Assembly: GCA_002633005.1 (NCBI GenBank) | Contig: NMRA01000015.1 | Span: forward strand, 848,297 to 912,296 | Reading direction: 5' to 3' | DNA: 64,000 nt | Origin: Phoronis australis | Taxonomy: Eukaryota > Animalia > Phoronida | In this document: positions 48,401 through 61,200 of the stretch, piece by piece | Position numbering within the stretch: the first letter of the stretch is position 1 | How the letters are laid out: each line of letters starts with the position of its first letter | Translations under genes and position numbers: made by a program | The notes under the pieces: model-generated | Seen by the model: only the letters and a program-made list of their open reading frames with translations | Database searches by the model: none | Told to the model about the DNA's origin: nothing

Positions 48401-51400
48401 TCTTCACACTAGTTGGTGCACAGACAAAATGGATTGGAATTCAAAACAAAATTATCCATGGAATCCCTAAATTTTAGTCAGCATGATTTATATTTTGTTA
48501 ATTAGTTCGAAATCTATACGTTTAAGGTGGCACTGAACAGTTAGGCTGCAGCCGCCGCCAATTTGCAATGCCACAAATTAAACTTTGAGGGGTAGGCCAG
48601 GCTTGGGGACAGTTTTGAGGTAGGCGTTACATGTAGGCTCATTGAATCTGGTTTGTTTGTATTTTTGAACATTTGGGGCAAGAGAGAAGACCACTATCTC
48701 GTCTGTAGCTGCACTCTTGTCCAACTGATGGCGGCCCCTGTTGCATTTGTGCATTTTTAGGTACTAAGGAAGCGTCTGCGAGTTCAGGTAGCTCTCAAAC
48801 AAGCCAGAATTGCAAAACTAGTTGATGCGACAGTACTTTTGGACCACATTTTGGAATCTGTAGGGAATTTGTTTTCAGAAAAAAATGTTGGCTTTTGTTG
48901 CGCATCAACAGAGAAGTGGTAGTTTTTGGATGAAAAGTGCCCATTTTTGTGGGTTTTGACTTGTTTTATTAGCCTACTTGTAGGAGTGGAAGGTCCAAAA
49001 ATACAAGGCAGAATAACGTTTCTGTGCTCTAATGTGAAATGACTTTAAAAAATTCATTCTTTGCATACGACAGAGTAAAATAGAAGGTGAAAATTCCATA
49101 CATGTGTTAAGAAAACCCAGTGAAAACTGTTTTGTGTCCCCTAAGCAGTTTTAAATTCTTCTGTCGCCGTCTGTCCTGCAGCCATCGCCGCCGTTACAGG
49201 TCATGGTGATGACATCCAAATCTAACTGAATTGTGCACTGGGGAGGTTACTCTTTTGTTTAGAAGCACTGCTTTCGTGTCAGCCCGGTTATTACTATTTG
49301 TTTCTCCTATCTTGTAACTGCAAAATGTCCGTCTCCCGCGCCGTCATGTGTTCGATGGTGTAACTGTTAACAGTTTTTTTAAATAGTCATTTCGCTTTCC
49401 ATTAACACAAATTTTGAGATTTTTAATAAAAACAAAAAAGTAATATATTTGACAGCCCCTCGTGCAAAACTGAAACATGTTATAAACATTTTAATGGAGT
49501 TTTGGAGAACAGCAGAGTATCTGGAAGTTTCATATGGATCCTGTTAAAATGATGGTCTAAAGTTAGTCAAATGAGGGTCTCGAAGTTAGTCAAATGAGGG
49601 TCCCGAAGTTAGCCAAATTATAGTCCAAAGTTAACCAAATGATGGTCCAAAGTAAGCAAAAGTTGAATATTTTCCTAGGGTCTTACATAACCTTAACATC
49701 ACACTAATTTCTCTGCTGAATAATGAGATGCTCTTGCGCAGGTTCATTGGCATATAATTACTACGTGCCTGAGACTGATAACGACTATTAACTGCGTCAA
49801 TGGTCTAATTGCCTATAGCCAGCCAGGTCTTAAAAGCAACCACGTTTCATACAAATGGTGTCAACACTCGTGATCAAGACGTGGAGCTCTGAAAATTTGC
49901 TTAATGCCCTACTCAAGCGTGTAATTTAAATTTCCGAAACCAGAGCTATGCATTAAATTACGAGCTTATTGTTGTATGCGCTTACAAGATGCCAGGCAAC
50001 GGGTTCAGAGTTCAAGGTTCGAGACAGTTCGTCTCATTTCGTTTACATGATGATTTATGAAGATTATAAAAAAGTAATTACGTTTGATCCTTTAAACCAC
50101 TAGTTCTTAACCTGCATGGATATCTTTGATAAGCAAAGAGACGTAGAAGATCTATATAGGTGAACGACTTATCCAAGGGAATATGTGGGACATGGCGCTG
50201 CGATATTTAGAACCTTAATGCGGACAAGTTTGCGTATTTAGCCTAACGTCTTCAACACTATAGCTTTTCACTTAGTAAAAGTATGTATTTTCTGAAAGTA
50301 GGAAACCTGTAAAATTTATTTTTTGTCCTACTAATCCCTTGTTGATTGAGTCACGCCACCTCGTCTTTTTAGTAAATTAAGTTTAGCATTGTATGTATAT
50401 TGATAACAAAATAACGGTATCAATAACGTTATCAAATTTCACTAGATATAGATGTTCAAGGAGAGATCTGAAAATGTGCTGAGGTTTTCAAAAATGTCTT
50501 TCCCTTCGCATTTTTTGCAAATTCATGAAAATCACCATTTTCTGTTTTTGATAGCCCCTCACGCATAAGTGAAACATGTTAAAAGGACAACATTACATAA
50601 AACATGATGTCTGAAAGTATCATATGATTCCCAGCAAACAGTTTCAGAGATATGACGTTCCAACGTTAGCCAAACATGGACATTTTTCTTTGGTTCTAAA
50701 TAACCTTAGCTTTTCAGTAATGTTTTATCGATAACTTCCATTCATGGATGCATGCATGTGAGCAATGACCTTTGAATTATAATCGTTTCCATGGCAAACA
50801 TTAATTAAATGAGAATTACATACATTTTCGCATAACTTTAACGTTTCATTTCTCAATTCGGGTCGTGAGTATTGATCAAACTAGCGGAAGAGTAAACTAA
50901 AACGGTACTGAAAATAGACATTTTCCTGTTCAAGTTTTGTCAGAAATTCTGATTGTAGGTACCTCAGCTATTATTTTGTTGCGAGTATATTTAAAAAGCA
51001 CGTCAGTAATAAAATTTAAAATGCACTACAGTGTACAGTCAATTACCGTTAAGCGAATTTTTCAGAGAGAAGGACTAGTTAACTACAAAATCCTAAAGTC
51101 CTTAACGATAAATTGTTACACTGATGATAAGAATTATTTCAATATGCACTAGTGCACCGAATTTAGCCAGAAAATGTGGCAATGTTTCCAGATATCAATT
51201 AGTTCCCAAAACGGAACTCGCCTACGTTTTTCTCTATAAAACGGTCCTGGTCTCAATGTAAGATGGATGAAGCTAACAATATTACCTTTTGTCCAGTTAA
51301 AGTGTGAAGCGCTTCCTTCACTTTAGCAAACGAACCTTCTCCGAGCGTTTTGCCTATGAGGTAGTCTCCAACTCGTTTACTGTGCGGATACGTTCGCAGC

Positions 51401-51546
51401 AATTCACGGCGAAAGTCGAGCGCCTTACGAATACGCTCCTGCGATTCCTCACTTTTGGTCTCACGGCTGCTGCGAGCCTGCATGACTTTACTTGGGACGC
51501 TGCTGCACGTGAGCCGAGCGTCTTCGGGTTGTGTGTCCACCGTCAT
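35815..51546 (-). CDS. HUNK: HUNK-like (hormonally up-regulated Neu-associated kinase) AMPK-related Ser/Thr kinase, about 750 aa; gene-level span
   Basis: Exons 51546-51286, 47093-46801, 44914-44859, 44601-44445, 43770-43643, 43197-43105, 40796-40498, 39139-38803, 36443-35815 join in frame with GT-AG sites. Motifs [49 protein letters not shown] and [16 protein letters not shown] are characteristic of HUNK; a UBA-like segment follows the kinase domain. Confidence 0.9.
36646..38336 (+). mobile_element. Kolobok-like element, second copy (HUNK intron)
   Basis: TTAA flanks, TIR AGGAGAATGCCACCC...GGGTGGCATGCTCCT, colinear with 2956-4657; THAP remnant with stops and frameshifts. Confidence 0.8.
38803..39139 (-). 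CDS. HUNK: HUNK C-terminal low-complexity exon
   Basis: cctttttag|GTT; G|GTTTGT; open frame, phases match neighbouring exons. Confidence 0.65.
40498..40796 (-). CDS. HUNK: HUNK exon 7 (UBA-like domain)
   Basis: cccttacag|GT CCA; FPNR...VLDYM...N.PS....TYHLLLKR; donor AAG|GTATTT (3' end less certain). Confidence 0.8.
41110..41282. mobile_element. Foldback MITE
   Basis: ACCTTATTCAC...GTGAATAAGGT with long internal imperfect inversion, TA flanks. Confidence 0.65.
41957..42900 (+). repeat. Interspersed repeat family (other copies about 1044-2215 + and about 36590-38670 -)
   Basis: Shared GCCACCTATACT.AAA.GTGGCC...CATGATGAACG...GAATTCCG...GCCCGTTTTAAT blocks. Confidence 0.7.
43105..43197 (-). 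CDS. HUNK: HUNK exon 6 (DLLRKLL.P.PEARI...HPW)
   Basis: atccag|AC TGC; G|GTACAT; 93 nt; kinase subdomain XI. Confidence 0.9.
43643..43770 (-). CDS. HUNK: HUNK exon 5 ([10 protein letters not shown]...)
   Basis: ttttcag|A GGA GTA; A|GTAAGT; 128 nt. Confidence 0.93.
44445..44601 (-). CDS. HUNK: HUNK exon 4 (DFG...APE...DVWS)
   Basis: tttcag|AT TTT GGC; AT|GTGAGT; 157 nt. Confidence 0.93.
44859..44914 (-). CDS. HUNK: HUNK exon 3 (DLKIENLL...KII)
   Basis: tttcag|G GAC CTG; G|GTAAGT; 56 nt. Confidence 0.93.
46415..46575 (+). repeat. Possible tRNA-derived SINE remnant
   Basis: Pol III B-box GGTTCGAATCC at 46441-46451; no full tRNA cloverleaf seen. Confidence 0.3.
46801..47093 (-). CDS. HUNK: HUNK exon 2 (VAVK...LHR)
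   Basis: aattaag|GTG; AG|GTGAGG; 293 nt. Confidence 0.93.
51286..51546 (-). CDS. HUNK: HUNK exon 1 (ATG, Gly-rich loop)
   Basis: ATG at 51546; AAG|GTAAT donor; 261 nt. Confidence 0.9.
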
Positions 51547-54500
51547 AATTTTGTCAAAAAACCAGCGTTGGTCACAGAAACATAATGCCGGAGATCTGTT
51601 GTCGTTGACGTGCCAGTCGCTGTTGAAATGATGACAGTAATTAGAGAGTGACGCTAAAGTGAAAAGCCGTCTTCCAGTTATTCAAGAGTTAAGCGCACGA
51701 CTCGAGACACTTCGTGACACATATCTGGAAATACGTAAGCAAGGCAACCTCGATCTAGCGGTTAACAATACCACAGCACGCTCTGTTGTGTCATCGGTTA
51801 ATTCCAGTGATAATTAGACTCCGGGTGCTGTTTCCAAAAGGTCCACCACGTGTCCTTGAAGACGTGTACGTATTGGGTATATCCACAACAGCTTTTATCA
51901 ACAAACTCCTCAGTCCCCCTCCATTTAGAATTACTATGTACAGAAAAACAAATTTCCTTGCCTGCATGGCAACTAAGATTTATAATGAAGGTATATTGTT
52001 TGCAATTGGCTTAGCGCAAGTCTGTTAAGTATGAGAAAAAATTAACACGCCTCGCCTAAGAAACAAGAAAAACACGACTTACACGCGACTGGATATAATC
52101 AGCGTTTGCGTGTTCCATTAGAAACATGAGAAAGCTATTGTTTCACGCAAAGCTCTCGGGAAATTGAATTTAGCATGGAGTGGACAGTAGAAGTGAGCTA
52201 TGGGCTGAATAATTGAACGAGAATCTCTGTTCAGCGTATTAATAGACATATCCCGGTCAGTTATGCTTGAATATGATCTGTACTAAGCGCATTCTTATTA
52301 TCAATTTATTATCCAAAATATATATCGCTCCGTAAAATGACGTCGGCGCAGCATTTTCGGGTGGAACTCAACTGTGTTTTTAGGAAATCAAAATGCCCCG
52401 GCCTTTGAGTCAATCCAGAAAGATAAAATCATCTCGAGTCTCCTTTACACGCAGTTTGTAGCAAGCTTGTATTGGTTTGTAAGGGGCGCATTTGTTGATA
52501 GCTTCTCAAGGGACCTCTTTTTCAGGAATGTTTTCGTAATAGTTACATGTTTTTAGAGATTTTAAAGCCTTCTAAATGCCTATTTATTGAATTATATTTT
52601 AAACAACAATTACCTTCGCACTATTTTCATTTTGAAATAGAAAATCAAGATGAAATTTCGTTCCATTGTGTAGAGTTTTGTTGCAAAAATGGGTTCTCTT
52701 GTAGGCTTGCTAACCTAAGATGAATATTTAAGAGCGGAATTTAGTTGGAACTAATCTCACCATTCGTGACCGGGGAAACAAACCATCTACATGGCGTAAA
52801 TATTTCCTATTTGCAGCTGCACACCTCCACATAAGGAAAATTGACATTGACTGACAGTCTGGCTGTCCAGTTACAATACTGGGGATATTCGATAAAACGT
52901 TTGGTGGACTCGGAGGTGGAACTACGAAATTGTGATACCCACATATTAGAGACACAGCCAAGCAGCAATAAACGCCCTAAAGACACCAAGGGTCAATTCT
53001 AGTCGTGTTAATGCTCGCATTAATGAGCTTAACAAGCTTGCAACTGAAAAAACTGTCAACATACACGTAGCAATGAACAGCAGTGGAAATGTAGACAGAC
53101 TGACAAAGACAGGGGGCATTGTGTAGTTGAACCTGCTATCCCGGTATCCTACGGATGCTGCAGGCTGAATGTACGCAAGTATGGAAAGCCAAAACGAAAA
53201 ATTTCCAGGACAAATTTTCTATTCAAGAATTAAAAACAACTTGTTCGTAAGTCACTAAACAACGTACGTTAGGTAGTTATTGCCAATTAAAGCATGGGTC
53301 CATGTGGGTAATAGCTTTGAGTACTACGAGTTCATTTCGAAAATGGAGAACCAGATTCGGATGGTTTGCCATAATCCATGATAATGGTGCTGATGTTGAT
53401 AATGGCATTTACTTCAGTATTACCGTTACAAGGTTGTTGATGGTGTCTATCTGAGGTTTAATGTTCTTGTTCACGATTCATATCAGTGTCATCACATCTG
53501 AATGCCCCAGCCTGAGCTAACTAGGACTTAGTAGTAGTCGTAAGCCTTATACTATTTGTGATAATGGTAGGCATAGTGGTCCAAGTGTTATAAATTTGCC
53601 TCATCCAAGACTGTCTTGTGTGTAAGAATGTGCTAGTTTCCCTAAATTAAAGGTCATGAACAACAAGCCCATGAATACTACACATTATTTACTAAGTTCT
53701 AAAAATAATGAGTAGGATATTTTATAGGAATAACAAATGAATATATAAAGTCTGCAGGCTCTAAGCTTGTTGGAACTGAACTCGTCAATCCTCTGACGGT
53801 GTTCCACCGAAACAACAAAGAAGCCGGCAGCTTTTTCTTCTAGGGAGTTTACATTTGAATTTCTTTTTCAGGCGTTTTAAGAACCCTTCATGGTGATTGT
53901 TCTCACAGATTCAGGACTGCGACTTGGTACGAAGTGGTCTACCTGTGTTGTGTGCCAATTACACCCATGACGTCTGGAAGGTTAAAGGATTCCGTGGGCA
54001 TCTTTGACTTGGTATCGACGTCTGATATGGAGAGGTCCTGAGAGTATTGCGTTCCTGTTCCATCACTCAATTTCTTAATGCTGTACAGTCACACTCTTTA
54101 TTATAAACTTCCAACTTTGTTTTCTCAAGCTGAATCTGCTGCACGACCTGCAAAATCCCATTCCCTGCGAAGTAGTCCACGACAGCCTTCTCAAGCGTTG
54201 CCTCCACAAATGCTTCTACTTCGTCTTTTGACTCGCGGTGCTGATCAAGTCCATTCTGCTTTCTCCTTCACCACAGTGACCCCTGTAGCCAAAGCGACGT
54301 AGGCCTGCAACAATGAGCATCATTCACGAAAAGTTACACCGGACGTCATCAATAGCGCATGCCTCGATTACGTTTTAGTCAGAACAACAATAATGGAAAA
54401 AACACATTATCGAAATAGCTTTATGTAAGGACAAATTAGCCAAAAAAGATAATCGATGTAAGGCTGATTCGCAAATAGGTAGAGGGGATCGTCGAATTCC

Positions 54501-55663
54501 ATGCTTTGTTGTTCGATCGATAGTGCATTGTTCATTTAATGCCAAAATAGTTGGCTATGTCGCATACAAACCATGAAATAAGATTGGTGGTTGATGTTTC
54601 CAGGCTCGTTTGATACAATTAAGTTTGTCCGTTTCCGTTCCGCGTTATCGTGTACACTGTTACATGTACAACTTATACATGTAGGCCTACAATAACGTCG
54701 CACGGATAATGACGAATTGTATCGAATGAGCGTGGATGTTTCGGCTTTATCTAACTTTCAACATCTCCATGTTTTTAAGCGAGATGGGGCACGTATTGAA
54801 GATAATGCAAAACACGGTCACCTCACGTAGTTTAACAAATTACGTACAACAAATGTTGAGTAATTATGTACGGAGAGATTAGAGCAACACAGTGCGCGAT
54901 CAATTATACTATATTTTAAACAATTGACACGTTCGTCAGATGTTTTGTTCTGAAATCAAGTATTGCAAAATATTATAAAATATTAGTGCTGGGCGCGGCT
55001 TCAACTTTGGTTGAGAATCAAGCCGCATAAACACGATGGTTGCGTATCGAGGTAGCTAAGTGGCAAGATAAAGCGAACGAATGGTAGCGCTAATGAAAGC
55101 TCACCAGCGTGGTAATATACTTACAACATCTCTTGTGGCGCTTTTTATTGCCCATCTTACCAGAGAAAGTACCTATTATACGTTATTTACTTGTATTCAT
55201 TATATTGTAATTGTACTAGTCATAATAAATGACCTTATATCGCCTACCTCGATCTCCTTTTCATTTCTGGTAACGAGCTTGCGACGCACGTATCATGTAT
55301 CTTTATTCGGGACATATGTCGATCATAAACAACATTGCCACTGACGTCCGACTAAGTCAGCAAGCCTTCGCCATGAGACAGATGACCAGGTCTCGAAGTG
55401 GGTTAGGCCTAGATGGTACAAACATAGTCCTATCACGAAGTTAGCAAATACGGAAAGAAAAACCTTAAATAAAGACATTAAAGCTTGTTGAATTACAGTA
55501 TGCGATGAGATAGCTCTTCTGAACAACTGACACATTCATCAGGAATGGGCTCATTGGCAAGTCTTTGTGTACCAAAAGATGGAGCTTTATCCAGATAACA
55601 ACCGTGGAAGAGCTAGGTCCTGTAGTGCTGCCGAGTTCGGCCCAAGAGAAGTTTTAACCTCTC

Positions 55664-55834
55664 CAGTGGCGGATTTAGAGGGGGGCCAAGGGGGCCATGC
55701 CCCTCCCTTAAAATTCTCCCAGATTCCGTGCGCAGTTCGGGAGTGCGAATGTCTGACGGCAAAATCCTTAGTGGCTAATAGGCTCTGCCCTGGCTCAGGC
55801 TGCCCAGTCTCGATCCAACTCAAATCCGCCCCTG
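55664..55834. mobile_element. hAT-like MITE
   Basis: CAGTGGCGGATTT...AAATCCGCCCCTG; flanks AACCTCTC/AAACTTTC resemble a decayed 8-bp TSD. Confidence 0.65.
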
Positions 55835-58212
55835 AAACTTTCCTTCATAAATCTGAGAGCACGAGCAAATGATGGGGCATAAGATATGGAAAGCTCGATC
55901 GTCAGCGCATGGAGTTAAAACGTATGTTGTCTCTGAAGTTCAAGAGATCATATAATCCGATGCAACCCTTTGAAAGCAAGATAGGCACGGCAGAAGGGGA
56001 TATATCACTGCAAGCACAATCATCTCGTCCCGTGGGGGGAGAACGTAAAGTGCTAGCGCAATCATCTCACGTAGTACAACACCGTACGTACAACAACCCT
56101 TGAACAGTTGCCATTTAAAGATCAGAGTCGGGTGTTACAACATAACTTGAGACGAAGTCACATGTTTATGCCATGTTAAACAGGCATGGGCTAGTGCGCA
56201 CGGAGTCCGGCTAAAGCTTTTAAATATTCGGAATTAGTGTTGTCATGTGCTACCTTTGGGTCCATAGCAGTGTTTTTCGGTACCTGAGCAAGGTCTCGTC
56301 AACCCCAGCTCCCCCCGGCTAGCTCATGCCCCTGACCCACAATGAAGTAGGCCTGGCGTTGTAGCCGGTTTCCACCCGGCCGAGACCTGTGCCGGCGTTG
56401 TCCTCTCGGCACCGTTCCTCAGCTCAATATTCCCGCGCCCTGCCGAGTGATTTCTGGGATGAGTGCCTCTCCAGCTCCGTGCTAATCACTTCATCTCATC
56501 CTAAATCATGCAGCAAAACTTGCGTTCGCCATTTTTTCTCCCGTGTAGTGACTATACACTCGGCCACTCCCACCCCACCCCGAAGAAAAATATTTTTTTC
56601 GCCCGCGCCTTGTGCAGTTAGGCCTCTGTGGGTGTAGTAAAATCCTGAAGGCCCTTCGGCGGAGTTCTCCAATTCCGGTCAGTCAGTGACGCCAGGGCAC
56701 TCGACCCACTCATGGCAGGATTCTGGAGTAGCCAAGAGCCGGGCGGTCCGAGAACGAAGCTATACTACTACCCACCATAGTCAATGTGAGGAATAATCAT
56801 ATATTTTCCGGCAAAAGTAGGATTGATGAATGGGACTTCTAGTGATGAAGAATTCGTCATTTTTTTCATTTCTTCACCATCATGGTGATAACAGGCGTAG
56901 GCCAATAGCTAGCCGGCGCATATAGGGTAGGTCGGGCCTACAATAAGCTGCAGTAGAGGATGGATGCGAGACAAACCACTCCCAGTTTTGACTTTTGTGT
57001 AAGCCGTGTATGTCAAACCCTCGTTTCACCGATCCCGAGCGGAATCGTGATCACTGACTGAAAAGCCACTGACGGGGGGCCACTCTGCCCGGCGGCCCGC
57101 GTCATAAAGCCCGTAGTCAGTGGCGGGTCCCACTAGCCTACTGAGGCCCATTAGTTTCGGCGGGCCGGGCTACCGTGCGGCAACCGACCCCCGGCGGGCT
57201 ACGGCGGGGACTAGTGGAAGAAAACTGCCAAAATGCTCAGCCTGGACGGGGGGACCGTACAGTAACTAGTAGTTACATAATGTAGGGCCAAATTGACTTT
57301 CATATCTTAAAAAAATCCTCTACTGACACGCTTAAGTCATTTAGTTCGAGCGGTGTGGCAGTCATGAAACCAAAAAGGCCGGGGTCGACTTCACTAGCGT
57401 CACGCGGCGAGACTTAATTGGAAATCACTCGGCACTGAGTTGTCATACTCCGTGCACAATTAATTAAATTATGTTCACGGCGTGTTTTCGTTGTTCCAGT
57501 CACAGTCTCATGATTGAAGTAGGCAGGCACTTGAATTTGGATAGTGCCGGCAAACAGAGTGTGTCCCTTCTCAGTGCGGCCCCGTGACGCCGACTGGATC
57601 GAGAGGCCCCGGGCTTCCAGTCGGCGTCACGGTGGACCCGGTTTCCTTCAGCTGAGAGGCTGAGCGAAAATTATGTTGAAGTGTACTCAGGGCTACCGGA
57701 ATTTTCCGTCCTTTTTCAAGTTCAATTGATTAATGTCCGGTCAACTAGTGATGATGCTAAATTAGTTAGCCTGTACACGTGTATTTTATGCTTTTCTTAT
57801 CCGCGTGATATAGCTTGCTGCACTACAGTGGGCCTAGGGCCGTTATATTACAGAAATATTTTGACTGATTGAAAAATATAGCGGGAATCGTGTGCTTTCA
57901 TTAAAAATACACGGCAATATCTCGTGAAATCTTGTCTCTCTAGCGAAATCTTGTCTCTCTAGCGAGGTCCTAGCGTTATTGAACTCCGTACCAAAGACGT
58001 TTACAAAGACCCCTCTGGTCCATAGGCTTAACCCCGGGATGCTTGTTTGCCTGTCTGACAGGAGGTGGGACGTATCTCTGTTTGCTCTTTACAACTGGAA
58101 AACTCAAAAAGCAACGTGTGGCAGAAAATCAACTTGCCACGGCAGCAAGAATGTTTTCTAATGTCATTTTTGTCCTAATAACCTAGTATTGGGATTTTGT
58201 GCGGTTTTGGCC

Positions 58213-58246
58213 ATGTTTTCAAAGTTAACGAATACAATTCGTCTGG
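58213..58246 (+). CDS. GLT8D1: GLT8D first coding exon (MFSKLTNTIRL)
   Basis: gccATG context; G|GTAAGT donor, phase 1 matches the next exon. Confidence 0.6.
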
Positions 58247-61200
58247 GTAAGTATATTTCGGTATCTTTTAAGTATGACTATCGCACACGGCAACCCTTTT
58301 TCTTATTACTATTAGGTAACATTTTCGAATAGCAGATCATCAGTCCATCGGCATCAGGACACTGGGTTTTCAAATCGGGAGATTTTCACTGTATCGGGAG
58401 AATTTCTCTGAGAAAACATCAATCTCCCGCTCGTTTTGTTATTGCATAAAAAATTGATGATATCAATTATAAATTTTGGTTAAAAAGTGTTGTGTGCGCA
58501 GGGCCCTCAATCCTTTGTTTTTTCGGCCGAATGTAGACCCCTCTGAAAAATATTTAAAAACCACTCAAAATTTTTATCACGAGGCCCAAAAATTCCTCTT
58601 AAGTGATTGAATTATTCCCCTCAAGATTCAAATCGCTTGCATGCCAACTCATACTAGTGACAAATTGAAATAGCACAAAATGTTTGGCTATACTGAGGCA
58701 GAGCCTATGAGGGCTTATGTCAGGGGTGGGGATGCTTTTGATGGTGATCAGGAGGTAGAAATGCCCCCTCACTCAAAATATTCCCCTCTCAGAAGGCAAA
58801 GGCACATGAATGGGATCTGTTGTATTATTGTCGTGCCGAGACAGGCTCCCACCATTTTAGTGTCTGAGTATTTCTAGAGGTCCTCACATAATGTCCGTAC
58901 AGGAGGGGGGTGAACTCCAGAGAGCCCAGACGATCTTGTCATGTGACTAGTCACGCGATGTAGATGCGACCTTTCCCGGGCTCTTCTGTCGTTAGGTGTC
59001 GCACCAGGCTAACACTAACGTACAATAAGAAAGGACATCCTAGTCACATCATAGAGATGCCACAGCCAAGAGTGACGTTATTTATTACAGATCTCTATGA
59101 ATCTCTGAAACTTGCGTTGGTGCGTCTTGTCTCAGGCAGTGTCCCAAGATAGAAGCCCTATGTTGTGCCAGGTTATTACTAAATCTACTACATACATGGG
59201 CGGTGCATCATAGGGGGCTGGGGGNTGAGGCAGAGCCTATGAGGGCTTATGTCAGGGGTGGGGATGCTTTTGATGGTGATCAGGAGGTAGAAATGCCCCC
59301 TCACTCAAAATATTCCCCTCTCAGAAGGCAAAGGCACATGAATGGGATCTGTTGTATTATTGTCGTGCCGAGACAGGCTCCCGCCATTTTAGTGTCTGAG
59401 TATTTCTAGAGGTCCTCACATAATGTCCGTACAGGAGGGGGGTGAACTCCAGAGAGCCCAGACGATCTTGTCATGTGACTAGTCACGTGATGTAGATGCG
59501 ACCTTTCCCGGGCTCTTCTGTCGTTAGTTGTCGCACCAGGCTAACACTAACGTACATTAAGGAAGGACATCCTAGTCACATCATAGAGATGCCACAGCCA
59601 AGAGTGACGTTGACATTTATTACAGATCTCTATGAATCTCTGAAACTTGCGTTGGTGCGTCTTGTCTCAGGCAGTGTCCCAAGATAGAAGCCCTATGTTG
59701 TGCCAGGTTATTACTAAATCTACTACATACATGGGCGGTGCATCATAGGGGGCTGGGGGGGGGGNNGGGGGGGGGGTGCTATAGCCCTCCACTTTTTTCA
59801 GTGTTGCTTACCTTGGAGCAGCTTCACTCAGTCCTCTCAAAGTAAGCCTACTTATGGTGATCTCGACTCAACACACGCATGCATACAAACACACACACAC
59901 ACAAACACACAAACAGCTCGATATCTGATCAGACTGTATTAGTTTCATTCGTGGATATAATACGCTAAATACTTCTCTGAACAACAACAAAGTACTACAC
60001 TCTTTTCTCTAATGTACAGATACACACCTATGTGTACAATGACTATCCCAAGTGACACACACACGCACAGCAATAACACGTCTGAACACTCAGACTTCAT
60101 GAAGTTCATGGCGGCAACTCCCTAACTCTGATCCGCTGCTCTACATAGATTCTTAACTCTGGGATGTGGCATGAACTTCCCAGTAATGTCACTACGGTAG
60201 ATTTGCTGGAGTGCATTCATTGACAATTTAAAAGGACATTTTAAAATAAGTTCTTGGGTGTTTATTGTTACTTGGTTTATTTGTACATTGTTTGTTAATA
60301 TCATCTACTGTGGTTGTTGATGTGTGGTATTGTCATGTTATTGCCTTCAGCAAGAGCTGAAAAGATGAGATGAGTCTGTCAAACTGAATCGACTTGGTAA
60401 ATCTTTATTTCTCGCGGTGAATCCTAGTATTTTTTGCTCTTTAGTCTAGGGTGCCATACTTGAATTTCTATCTTTGAAAAGCTTTTCCCAAAAACATTGT
60501 GTGAAATTTATTCTGCCAATTGGAAGAATTTGTCCAGATCCAAAGAATTTTTCTTTCAATCGTGAGAATTCACCGGATTGAAAAAATTTCTCCCAATTGT
60601 AAAACCTTCTTAGAACTTACTGCCTAAGGGTGACATGGGCATTTTCAATGAAGTCCAAGAATGCCATGAGTGTTAAAAGTGAAAATTTGTAACTTTCATA
60701 AATCGGAGTTGACCCGAATAAGGGCTACTTGGATAACCACGATCTTTGATGCTTTGAAATTCTTGTCTTATTTAAAACACGTAATGCTATTTCTTCACTT
60801 CTGCAGTTCTGTACTCTTTTCTACAGGTATTGCCCTTGTGGTTATAGTATGGGCAGCTATTGTTGTCTATCTGTGGATGTATGGTCCAGGTTATAAAGGT
60901 AACTGTATATTGCCAGGATGTAGAGACACTGATACAGGTAAGACTGCTCTCAATTTCAGGCAAGACTGTTCTCAATCTCACCTTCACGTTTGTGCAGCTT
61001 TTCTTTTAGTTTGCAAATTGGCATATTGCTTGCATCACTTAATGATTCTTGTAACCAAGAAGTTTTGTTTGAAGATTTTTAACATCTTATGGATTCAAAG
61101 TGTTTGTTATGGTTCGGTGCTTGGTTTGGCTTCACGCAAGTAGCAATGCAACCTCAAGTTGTATGGTGACCTGGTAAGAATCAATGCCAAGTCACCACAC

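Noticed and set aside
58694-59760. 532-bp tandem duplication with repeated ORFs (EAEPMRAYV..., MRPFPG...)
   Set aside because: The copies meet at a single n (59225) and differ by a few SNPs and one small indel, typical of overlapping allelic contig ends; the ORFs are intronic and motif-free
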